64,000 nucleotides of DNA from Anaeromyxobacteraceae bacterium (GTDB taxonomy: Bacteria > Myxococcota > Myxococcia > Myxococcales > Anaeromyxobacteraceae), in the NCBI GenBank assembly GCA_032654565.1, contig JAULAX010000013.1, forward strand, positions 32,001 to 96,000, in the 5' to 3' direction. A model generated the notes under the pieces. The model did not search any database, was not told the origin of the DNA, and saw nothing but the letters and a program-made list of their open reading frames with translations. This document shows, piece after piece, positions 8,899-16,886 of the stretch. The first letter of the stretch is position 1; each line of letters begins with the position of its first letter. The translations under genes were made by a program, and so were the position numbers.

Positions 8899-10170
8899 TC
8901 ACGCTCCGTCCGTCCCGGCAAGTGGGCGCCGCTCGACCAGCGGCGCGGGGCGGCCGTGGAGCAGGGAGCGCCAGGCCCACTCGGCGGGCCCGACCCTGAA
9001 GCGGCGCAGCCAGCCCACGCAGCCCCAGGCGAGCAACGCGTCGCAGGCCAGCGAGATGGGGAGCAGGGCCGCCGGCCCGAGCCGGCCGTACAGCCCGAGG
9101 CCGGTGGCGTAGAGCAGCAGGCTGCAGAGCACGGTGTGGGCGAGGTAGGCGGAGAGGGAGAGCCGCCCCACCGCCTCGAAGACCCGGCGGGCCCGGGGCC
9201 AGGAGGGGAGCAGCAGCGCCAGCGTCAGCAGGTAGGCCAGCGCCAGGGCGTTGCCCTGGAAGGTGGAGAGCGCGCCGACCAGCCCGGGGACCCCGTACCG
9301 CAGGCCGGTCAGCAGCGCGGCGACGGGCGCCGCGATCCACCACGCCCTCCAGGCCCAGGGCCGGTCCACGCCGAAGCGGTCGTGGAGCCCCCGCCGGCCG
9401 GCCCAGATCCCCAGCAGGAAGAGGCCGAAGAGCTGGGCGTAGTAGGTGGCGTAGGCGACCAGCAGGCCGAGCGTCACCTCGCCGGCCGCCAGCGGGGTGA
9501 AGTCGGCGAGGTAGTCGAGGGCCCGCTGCCGGAGCATCTCACCAAAGGTTCCGTGCGCGTAGGTCGCCGCGGCCGCCGCCGCCGAGGGCAGCGCCAGCCC
9601 GAGCCCCGGGAAGAGGACCCGCCCGCCGGCGGGGACGCCCAGGTGCTCGAGCAGCGCCAGCAGCGGCGCCAGCGCCGGGACCAGGAGCAGGAGCGCCAGG
9701 GCCGCGAGCAGGAGCCAGCGCGGGGGCAAGCGGAGGCAGGGAAGGGCCAGCAGCCCCAGCAGCGCGTAGACCGCCAGGATGTCTCCCCACCAGACCAGCG
9801 CCAGGTGCGCCAGCCCGATGGCGAGGAGCAGGAGGAGCCTCCTCACGGCGAGGCCCGGGGGACGCCCGGCGTCGCGACCCGCCCGGTCGAAGAGGAAGAG
9901 CCCGAGGCCGAAGAGCAGGGCGAAGATCGGGTAGAACTTGCCGTTGAGCAGGGCCATGTTGGCGCCCCCGACCCAGCGGTCGAGGGCGTGGTGCGCGCCG
10001 CCGTAGGCCGTGGTCTCGTCACCGGCCATGGTGTTCATGGTGGGGAAGTTGACCAGCACGATGCCGAGCATGGCGGCGCCGCGCAGGGCGTCGACGGCGG
10101 CGATCCGGCCGGGGGGTGCGGTGGTCGAGGGGCGCTGTTGGGGCGCGCTGGGGCCGGGCCGGGGCTGCAT
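8899..10170 (-). CDS. DUF418 (YeiB-like) membrane protein
   Basis: RIAAVDALRG, GKFYPIFALLFG, WWGDILAVYA, GRLSLSAYL, GPAEWAWR. Confidence 0.85.
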   Translation of the reverse strand: MQPRPGPSAPQQRPSTTAPPGRIAAVDALRGAAMLGIVLVNFPTMNTMAGDETTAYGGAHHALDRWVGGANMALLNGKFYPIFALLFGLGLFLFDRAGRDAGRPPGLAVRRLLLLLAIGLAHLALVWWGDILAVYALLGLLALPCLRLPPRWLLLAALALLLLVPALAPLLALLEHLGVPAGGRVLFPGLGLALPSAAAAAATYAHGTFGEMLRQRALDYLADFTPLAAGEVTLGLLVAYATYYAQLFGLFLLGIWAGRRGLHDRFGVDRPWAWRAWWIAAPVAALLTGLRYGVPGLVGALSTFQGNALALAYLLTLALLLPSWPRARRVFEAVGRLSLSAYLAHTVLCSLLLYATGLGLYGRLGPAALLPISLACDALLAWGCVGWLRRFRVGPAEWAWRSLLHGRPAPLVERRPLAGTDGA

Positions 10171-10249
10171 GACGGGGGAGACAGAGGCTACGCCGAATGG
10201 GACCGTGGCGGTGGCCCCCGCGCCCCCGGGCCCCCGGGCCTCAGGGGCG

Positions 10250-10957
10250 CTAGAAGACCAGCCGGTAACCGACCCGCAGGGTGGCGCCGGACAGGCTGGT
10301 CCCAGAGCCCGCGATCCGGGTGTCGAGGCCGCCCCACTCGAAGAGCGCCTCGCCGGTCAGCTGGCCCGGCCCGAGCGCGTACTCCAGGCCGAGCGGGGCG
10401 CCGAGCCCCAGCCTGGTGGCCTGCTCGGTGGTGGCCGCCATCGGCTGGCCGCCCGCCGTGCCCGTCACCTTGCTCTCGTAGAGGTAGAGGCGCGGCCCCA
10501 GGCCGGCGTACGGCACCAGCGCCCCGAGCCGGGTGTACCGGTAGAGCGCGGTGGGGGCCACCACCACCACGCGCTGCACCAGCTTCCAGTCGTAGGCGGC
10601 GCCGCCGACGCGCGGGTCGGTGGCGTGGCCGCTGGCGGTGGGCTGGGCGTAGCTGACCTCGAGGAGGGCCGCGAAGGCGCGGTCGTGCCAGGGCAGCAGC
10701 CACCCCACCTCGACGGCGACGCCGACCGCGGGCTCGAGCTTGTTGAACGGGAGCAGCCCGCCCACCTTGACGCCGGCCAGGAAGGCCCCCGAGGCCTCCC
10801 GGGGCGGCGGTGGCCTGGGCGTGGCGGGTGAGGTGGTGGCGGAGAGCACCATGGGCCTGGAGGCCGTGACCTTGGACGGCGCCGGCGAGGCGGGCGGCGA
10901 CTGGGCGCCGGCGGCAAGGGGGGCCACCAGCGCGACGAGGACGAGGAGGGTTCTCAT
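10250..10957 (-). CDS. Outer-membrane beta-barrel protein (OmpA/OmpW-like, about 8 strands)
   Basis: Signal peptide; alternating amphipathic strands (LVPYAGLG, GLEYALGPG); C-terminal VGYRLVF. Confidence 0.75.
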   Translation of the reverse strand: MRTLLVLVALVAPLAAGAQSPPASPAPSKVTASRPMVLSATTSPATPRPPPPREASGAFLAGVKVGGLLPFNKLEPAVGVAVEVGWLLPWHDRAFAALLEVSYAQPTASGHATDPRVGGAAYDWKLVQRVVVVAPTALYRYTRLGALVPYAGLGPRLYLYESKVTGTAGGQPMAATTEQATRLGLGAPLGLEYALGPGQLTGEALFEWGGLDTRIAGSGTSLSGATLRVGYRLVF

Positions 10958-10965
10958 GGCGGCTC

Positions 10966-13900
10966 CTACCAGACCATGGTCAGGGTGGTGGCGTCGGCGG
11001 CCCCGCTGGGCGCCTCGCCACCGACCAGGAAGATGAAGGCGCTCTGGGCGGCGCTGCCCGAGAGGTACCGTCCCGCGCCCAGCCCGACCCCTCCGACCGA
11101 GGTCCAGGCCCCGGCGAGCAGCGCCGGGGGCGCGCCCGAGATCAGCGCGGAGTGCATGTTGGAGGACGGCACCGCCCCCTCTCCGCCGAAGGTGAAGAGG
11201 GCCCCGGCGGTGGTGAACGGGGCGTAGCCGGCCATGCCGTTGGTGAAGGGGCGCTGGGCGACGAAGGGGCCGAGGTCACCGCCCGCGCCGATCCGGCCCG
11301 ACTCGACGTTCTGGACGAAGGCGCCGCCGCTCAGGCCGCCGCCCAGGTAGAGGTAGCTGGTCCCGACCGGGATGGAGGCGGCGACGGTATGGTCGGCCAC
11401 CCAGGCGCCGAGCTGCCAGCGGGCGGCGGGGGCGGCGCTCGCCCCCGGCGTCCAGGCGGTCCCCACGGCCTGGTGCCCGTTGGCCCGAAGCGTGACCGAC
11501 AGGTGCTCGTAGCTGGCGAGCGGTGCGCCGACGGTGCCGGTGGCCTGGGGGGCCCCGAGCAGCGCGTAGAGGTGGGAGGTGCCGGGGGTGGTGGGGTCGG
11601 CCCCGGCGGCGCCGGCCAGGCCGGTGCGGGCCACGCCCATGGGCGGCAGCGGGGACCAGCGCCCCAGGGCGCCGAGCGGCAGCGGCTGCTGGGTGCCCGG
11701 GATGGCCGAGCCGTCGTCCAGGTAGGTGGTGCCCGCCACCAGCGGCTGGAGCAGCACCGCCGCCCCGGAGGTGCCGTTCACGGTGGGTGTCCGGTAGACG
11801 TCGTAGCCGACCACGTTGGGGAGCGGGACGCCCAGGGCGTCGACCGGCGCCGTCCAGGTGAGCTGGACCTGGATCTTCTTCCCGGTGAAGGTCGGCACCT
11901 TGACGATCCGCTCGTCGCTGGGAAGCGACTCGCCGGACGGGTTGTCCGGATCCGACGCGCCGAAGCGGGTCGTCACCCGGTAGATCCAGTAGCCGGAGTC
12001 GAGCCCGGTGGCGGCCGGGACGATGTCGCCGACGTCGAGCTGCGGGACCTCGGCCGGGTCCAGGATCATGGCCCGCTCGCCCGAGGCCAGGGCGCGCGTG
12101 CCGTCGGTCCCGCCGAACAGGTAGAGGTAGCGCCCCAGGGTGGCGGAGGCGGCGAAGGCGCGCGGCGTCGCCAGCGACGAGCGCGGCAGCGGGGCCCAGG
12201 CGCCCATCCGGCCGAACTGGTCGACCGAGGCCACCTCGGCGTCACCGAAGGGCGTGGCGGCCGAGCCCACGCCGCCGTCGCCGCCGATGGCGTAGAGGAA
12301 GCGGGCCGCGGAGGTGGCGCTGCCGGCGGCGGCCACCAGCGCCCGGCGACCCTTGGCGAGGTTGAGGCCCGGGGCCGCCGTCGAGAGGTTGCCGGCGATG
12401 TCGGTGACGCCGAGCGCCGAGTAGTCGAACCAGGAGCCGTCGGCGTTGGTCAGCCTGAGCACGCAGGTGGCCCCGTTGATGGCGCCGACCGCGATGGTCG
12501 CCGTGACCGAGCAGCTGGCGCCGGTGCAGGTGCGGCCGCTCAGGGTCACCGGAAGCTGGGTCAGGGTGTTCGAGCCGGCGGGCCGGCAGGTGAGGACCGA
12601 GGTGGCCGCGGCGTCGAAGTTGCTGCCGGCCACCACCACGGGGTTGGTGGTGTTGGCCAGCAGGCTCTGCGGCGTCGCCGAGGTGATCACCGGCGGCGGC
12701 GCGGCCTGGACCTTGAAGGCCGCCGGCAGCAGGCCGACGGTGCCGTCCGGATTGACGACGATGAGGTCGTAGCTCCGGGCCGGCTGGTTGGCCGGGACCA
12801 CCGCGGTGAGCGTGTCGGCGTTCAGCCAGGAGACCGACTGGACCTGGATGGCGACGTCGCTGGCCGTAGCCCCGACCGGGTTGAGGAAGAGGCGCGGCGT
12901 GGCCACGAAGGGGTGGTCGTTCGGCGCACCCGCGGCGGTGTCGCGCAGGATGGTGACGCCGGTGCTGGCGCCGGTCCAGCCGAAGGACGGCGTGACCGAC
13001 CGCACGGCCACGGTGGTGCTGGCGGTGACCGTGACGGCATTGGGGAGGACGGTCGGGCAGCCGGTGGCGTCGTCGACGAAGAGGTCGTAGGCGCCGGGGG
13101 CCTGCCCCGGCGGGACCACCACCTGCGCCCGGTTGGGGTGACCGGGCACCTGGATCCCGACCAGGGAGGTGACCGGCGCCTGCAGGCCGTGCGGCACCAG
13201 CTTCACCCCGAGGCTTCCGGTCGCCGGCCAGAGGATGGTGGTGACGTAGATGGTGACGCGGGTGGCCACGCCGTTGAAGACCACCTCGGGGTCGGCGAAG
13301 AAGGCCACCGGGCCGGTGACGATCGAGACCTGCTGGTGGGGGGCGGCGTCGGTGCAGCCGTCGTGGTTGTCCACCACCACGTCGTAGCGACCGGCCAGCA
13401 CGGCGCCGGCGCCGAAGGTGCTGGTGATCAGGGTGCCGCCGCCGTTGACCAGGTTGGAGGCGGCGTTGAGGGTCGGGTTGGTGGTCGTCGAGACCAGCGC
13501 CACGGTCGCCGCCGGGAGGAAGGCGCTGCCGCTCACGGCCAGGGTGCCGCCGCCCTGGCAGAGGGTGGCCGGCACGGTGCCGGTGACCAGCGGCGGGGGC
13601 TCGACGTGGAGGCTGAGCACCTCGCTCGAGCTGCAGCCGGCCGGGGGCGGGTTGGTCACCACCAGCGGGTAGTCGCCGGCGGCGAGCAGGCCGGCCGGGA
13701 TGGTGACGATGAGCCCGGTGCAGCTGGAGACGGCTCCCTCGGCGAAGGCGTGGGCCAGCGGCGTGCACCCGGTGGCGACCACCGAGGTGAAGTCGGCGTT
13801 GCCGAAGGTGCCGATCCGGACGGTCGGCACCGCGCCCCCGACGGTCAGGAAGCCGGTCCCGGTGAGCACCAGCACCTGGCTGGCCTGGGCGTCGCAGAGG

Positions 13901-14376
13901 GCGGCCCGGTCGGCGGCGGTGAGGTGGGGCCGCGGCACCGCCGCGAGGCCACCGGCGAAGCGGGCGCTCGACCGGCCGTCGGGGTTGGTGACCAGGACGT
14001 CGTAGACCCCGGGCTGGAGGGCGAGGGCCGGGACCACGTCGAACGACATCTCCTGGCCGCTGGTCCAGTGGACCAGGCTCGAGGCCGGGTCGGTCGGGGA
14101 GTCGGGCAGGGTGACCCGTCCGGTGGCCGCGGCGCCGGCCAGGTCGCTGGTGCGCTCGAGCGAGATGGCGGGGAGCACCAGCGCCGGGGTGGTGAGCGTC
14201 CCGGTCGACATGGGCGTGAAGCCGGTGCCGTGGAGGGTCACCCGGGTGGTGAGCTGCTCGGCGCAGACCAGGTCGGGCTGGACGGTCCCGGCCGTGACCG
14301 CCGGGCTGGAGACCCGCTGGCTGCAGCCGGAGGTCACGACGAGCAGCGTCACGACGGCGAAGGGATGGATGCGCAT
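10966..14376 (-). CDS. Large lipoprotein with about six IPT/TIG Ig-like repeats and a Kelch-like propeller
   Basis: Lipobox TSGC; repeated YDxxVxNPDG-type motifs; Kelch-like FLYAIGG, YLYLFGG, YLYLGGG, FIFLVGG. Confidence 0.8.
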   Translation of the reverse strand: MRIHPFAVVTLLVVTSGCSQRVSSPAVTAGTVQPDLVCAEQLTTRVTLHGTGFTPMSTGTLTTPALVLPAISLERTSDLAGAAATGRVTLPDSPTDPASSLVHWTSGQEMSFDVVPALALQPGVYDVLVTNPDGRSSARFAGGLAAVPRPHLTAADRAALCDAQASQVLVLTGTGFLTVGGAVPTVRIGTFGNADFTSVVATGCTPLAHAFAEGAVSSCTGLIVTIPAGLLAAGDYPLVVTNPPPAGCSSSEVLSLHVEPPPLVTGTVPATLCQGGGTLAVSGSAFLPAATVALVSTTTNPTLNAASNLVNGGGTLITSTFGAGAVLAGRYDVVVDNHDGCTDAAPHQQVSIVTGPVAFFADPEVVFNGVATRVTIYVTTILWPATGSLGVKLVPHGLQAPVTSLVGIQVPGHPNRAQVVVPPGQAPGAYDLFVDDATGCPTVLPNAVTVTASTTVAVRSVTPSFGWTGASTGVTILRDTAAGAPNDHPFVATPRLFLNPVGATASDVAIQVQSVSWLNADTLTAVVPANQPARSYDLIVVNPDGTVGLLPAAFKVQAAPPPVITSATPQSLLANTTNPVVVAGSNFDAAATSVLTCRPAGSNTLTQLPVTLSGRTCTGASCSVTATIAVGAINGATCVLRLTNADGSWFDYSALGVTDIAGNLSTAAPGLNLAKGRRALVAAAGSATSAARFLYAIGGDGGVGSAATPFGDAEVASVDQFGRMGAWAPLPRSSLATPRAFAASATLGRYLYLFGGTDGTRALASGERAMILDPAEVPQLDVGDIVPAATGLDSGYWIYRVTTRFGASDPDNPSGESLPSDERIVKVPTFTGKKIQVQLTWTAPVDALGVPLPNVVGYDVYRTPTVNGTSGAAVLLQPLVAGTTYLDDGSAIPGTQQPLPLGALGRWSPLPPMGVARTGLAGAAGADPTTPGTSHLYALLGAPQATGTVGAPLASYEHLSVTLRANGHQAVGTAWTPGASAAPAARWQLGAWVADHTVAASIPVGTSYLYLGGGLSGGAFVQNVESGRIGAGGDLGPFVAQRPFTNGMAGYAPFTTAGALFTFGGEGAVPSSNMHSALISGAPPALLAGAWTSVGGVGLGAGRYLSGSAAQSAFIFLVGGEAPSGAADATTLTMVW

Positions 14377-14427
14377 GGCGGCTCCGGGTCCTGGCTGGAA
14401 CGACGGGACCGGTACCGAACGTCGGCC

Positions 14428-14455
14428 GGAACCCTCTGTCCTATGGCCTGTTCAA
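14428..14455 (+). promoter_or_regulatory. Possible ECF sigma promoter upstream of the PAP2-pEtN transferase genes
   Basis: GGAACC-N16-GTTCAA, about 140 nt before ATG 14596. Confidence 0.35.
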
Positions 14456-14595
14456 GGCAGACCCCGGAAGGGGTGAGGCGGCCACGGCTTCCTTCACAGG
14501 CCACCTGGCGTGGCGGCGTCGGGGGCGCTCCGGTCGCGCCGGCGCCGCCGTTGGTGCTGCTGGAGAAGCTTGGTATAGGTTCCGGCCAGCTTCCG

Positions 14596-15171
14596 ATGAA
14601 CATCGAGGCCCTCTACCATCTCGACGCCGCCCCGGCCGTCCAGCGCCTGCTCTGTTGCCAGGCGCTCGACCTGCCCATGGAGGCGCTGTCGACCATCGGT
14701 GAAGGGTGGTTCCTCGCCCTGATCGCCTTCGCGCTCGCCTGGAAGGTGAACCGTGAGCGGCAGGACGCCGTCCGCGCCGCGCTCCGCTTCCTGGTCATCC
14801 TCCTCGTGACCGGGGTGGTCGCGGCGGTGATCAAGCGGATCGTCCAGGCGCCCAGGCCCCTCCAGCTGCTCGGTGAGGGGCACGTCCGCGTCCTGCTCGA
14901 TCCGCTCCGGCAGATGTCCTTCCCCAGCGGCCACTCGGCCGCGGCGGCGGCGCTGGCGATGTGGGCCTGGCGCCAGCCCTCGCCGTCGGGGCGGCGGCTC
15001 TGGCCCTGGCTCCTCGCCTTCCTGTGCGGCCTCTCGCGGGTCTACGTCGGGGCCCACTGGGTGACCGACGTGGTGGGCGGCTGGTTGCTGGGCGTCGCCG
15101 TGGCGGCGGCCGTCGATCGCGCCTGGCCTCGACCCCAGGTGGCCCCCGCGGTGGGCCAAGGAGACCCGTGA
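14596..15171 (+). CDS. PAP2 family phosphatase
   Basis: KRIVQAPRP, SFPSGHS and SRVYVGAHWVTDV give the complete C1/C2/C3 motifs. Confidence 0.9.
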   Translation: MNIEALYHLDAAPAVQRLLCCQALDLPMEALSTIGEGWFLALIAFALAWKVNRERQDAVRAALRFLVILLVTGVVAAVIKRIVQAPRPLQLLGEGHVRVLLDPLRQMSFPSGHSAAAAALAMWAWRQPSPSGRRLWPWLLAFLCGLSRVYVGAHWVTDVVGGWLLGVAVAAAVDRAWPRPQVAPAVGQGDP

Positions 15172-16814
15172 GATTCAAGACGACGCCGCTCCGCTACGCG
15201 CTCGCCATGGCGCTCTTCTTCCTGGTGGCGCTCAACTTCCCGTTCGCCCAGGCGCTCTTCGCCAGCATGGGCGGCCTGGGGCGAGGGAGCGTCGGCGACG
15301 CGCTCAAGGTCTTCGCGGCGCTCTACGCGCTGCTCTTCCTGCTCTTCTTCCTGACCGCGTGGAAGTGGATCACCAGGCCGCTGGCGTTCTTCCTGCTCCT
15401 GACCGCGGCCCCGGCCTCCAGCGCGGTCCTCAGCCTGGGCACGGAGTTCAGCCCGCTCATCATCCGCAGCGTGTTTCGGACCGACTTCGTCGAGGCCAGC
15501 GCGGTGCTCTCCTGGGGCTGGCTGGTCCACTTCCTGCTCCTCGGCGTCCTCCCCTGCGTCCTCCTCAGCCGGGTCACGGTGGAGCATCCGCCGCTGGGGC
15601 GCGCCCTGGTCCACAAGGGGCTGGCCGTCGTCGCCACCCTCCTGGCGGCGGCCGCGCTCTACTTCCCCAACCAGCTCTTCTTCAACTCCTTCGCCGACAA
15701 CGCCACCAACCACCGGCTCAAGCTGATGGTGGTCCCGTTCAACTACCTGGGGGCGCTGGGCGGCTTCCTCGGCGAGGAGCTGGAGGGGCTACGCCCGCGC
15801 CGCGACGGGAAGGCGGGCCCGTCCGGCCGGGTCACCTTCGACGCCAGCCGGGGTCCCCGGCTGGCCGGGTCGGGCAAGCGCACGGTGGTGGTGCTGGTCC
15901 TCGGCGAGTCGGCCCGGGCCCGGAGCTTCTCGCTCAACGGCTACGAGCGCGAGACCAACCCGCGGCTGCGCCGGCAAGGGGTGGTCAGCTTCACCCGCAC
16001 CTCCGCCTGCGCCACCGCCACGGCGCAGGCCGTGCCCTGCATCTTCTCCAGCTTCGGCGAGGAGGGCTTCAGCTACGGACGCGCCGAGGAGACCGACAAC
16101 CTCCTCGACGTGGCCAAGCGGGCCGGCTACCAGGTCACCTGGTACGAGAACGGGATGGGCGCGCAGGCGGTGAGCCGCCGCGTCACCGAGGTCAACCTGG
16201 GCTCCTACTACAAGGCCGAGCGCGACCGCGTCCTCATCGACCGGCTCCCCACCCGGGTCGAGCTGGTGAAGACCGGGAAGGACCAGCTCATGGTGCTCCA
16301 CCAGCGGGGGAGCCACGGCCCCGACTACGCGCAGCGCTACACCCCGGAGTTCCGCGTCTTCACGCCGGACTGCGACAGCGCGGTCCTGAAGTCCTGCACC
16401 CACGAGGCGGTGGTGAACGCCTACGACAACAGCATCCTCTACACCGACGCCAACCTCGACGACGCCATCGAGTACCTCAAGGGGCTCGGCGCCGACTTCA
16501 ACACCGCCCTGCTCTACACCTCGGACCACGGTGAGTCGACCGGCGAGGACGGCTGGTACATGCACGGCCTGCCCAAGTCCCTGGCGCCGGAGGACCAGGT
16601 CCGGGTGCCGTTCATCGCCTGGTTCTCCCCGGGGCTGCTGGCGGCGGAGCGGCTCGACGTCGAGTGCGTGAGGCTGCTTCGGGACCGGCCGTACTCACAC
16701 GACAACTTCTTCCACTCCGCCATCGGCCTCCTCGACATCCAGACCCCGGCGTACCTCGGCGCCCAGGACGTCTTCCGTTCCTGCCGGGCCGGCGAGCCCG
16801 CCCCGCGACCCTGA
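15168..16814 (+). CDS. eptA: Phosphoethanolamine transferase (EptA family)
   Basis: GTG overlapping the PAP2 stop; five N-terminal TMs; VLGESARA, CATATAQAVPCIFS (catalytic Thr), HQRGSHGPDY, YDNSILYTD, SDHGES..HG. Confidence 0.88.
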   Translation: MRFKTTPLRYALAMALFFLVALNFPFAQALFASMGGLGRGSVGDALKVFAALYALLFLLFFLTAWKWITRPLAFFLLLTAAPASSAVLSLGTEFSPLIIRSVFRTDFVEASAVLSWGWLVHFLLLGVLPCVLLSRVTVEHPPLGRALVHKGLAVVATLLAAAALYFPNQLFFNSFADNATNHRLKLMVVPFNYLGALGGFLGEELEGLRPRRDGKAGPSGRVTFDASRGPRLAGSGKRTVVVLVLGESARARSFSLNGYERETNPRLRRQGVVSFTRTSACATATAQAVPCIFSSFGEEGFSYGRAEETDNLLDVAKRAGYQVTWYENGMGAQAVSRRVTEVNLGSYYKAERDRVLIDRLPTRVELVKTGKDQLMVLHQRGSHGPDYAQRYTPEFRVFTPDCDSAVLKSCTHEAVVNAYDNSILYTDANLDDAIEYLKGLGADFNTALLYTSDHGESTGEDGWYMHGLPKSLAPEDQVRVPFIAWFSPGLLAAERLDVECVRLLRDRPYSHDNFFHSAIGLLDIQTPAYLGAQDVFRSCRAGEPAPRP

Positions 16815-16886
16815 GCGTTCCGGGCGGGTCAGGCCGACGGGCCGGTTCGCCCGGGCCCGGCGACGAGTGACACAGGGACCACCACC

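Noticed and set aside
11152..14595. 1339-aa plus-strand ORF and many other long overlapping ORFs (e.g. 3893-6523, 46657-49689, 33140-35716)
   Set aside because: Antisense or off-frame shadows of real genes, typical of high-GC DNA. Only the 3' end of this ORF (PAP2, from 14596) is credible.
15168..16814. Calling the pEtN transferase a mobile mcr gene
   Set aside because: Host-like GC and codon usage with no flanking IS; the motifs only support the general EptA family.
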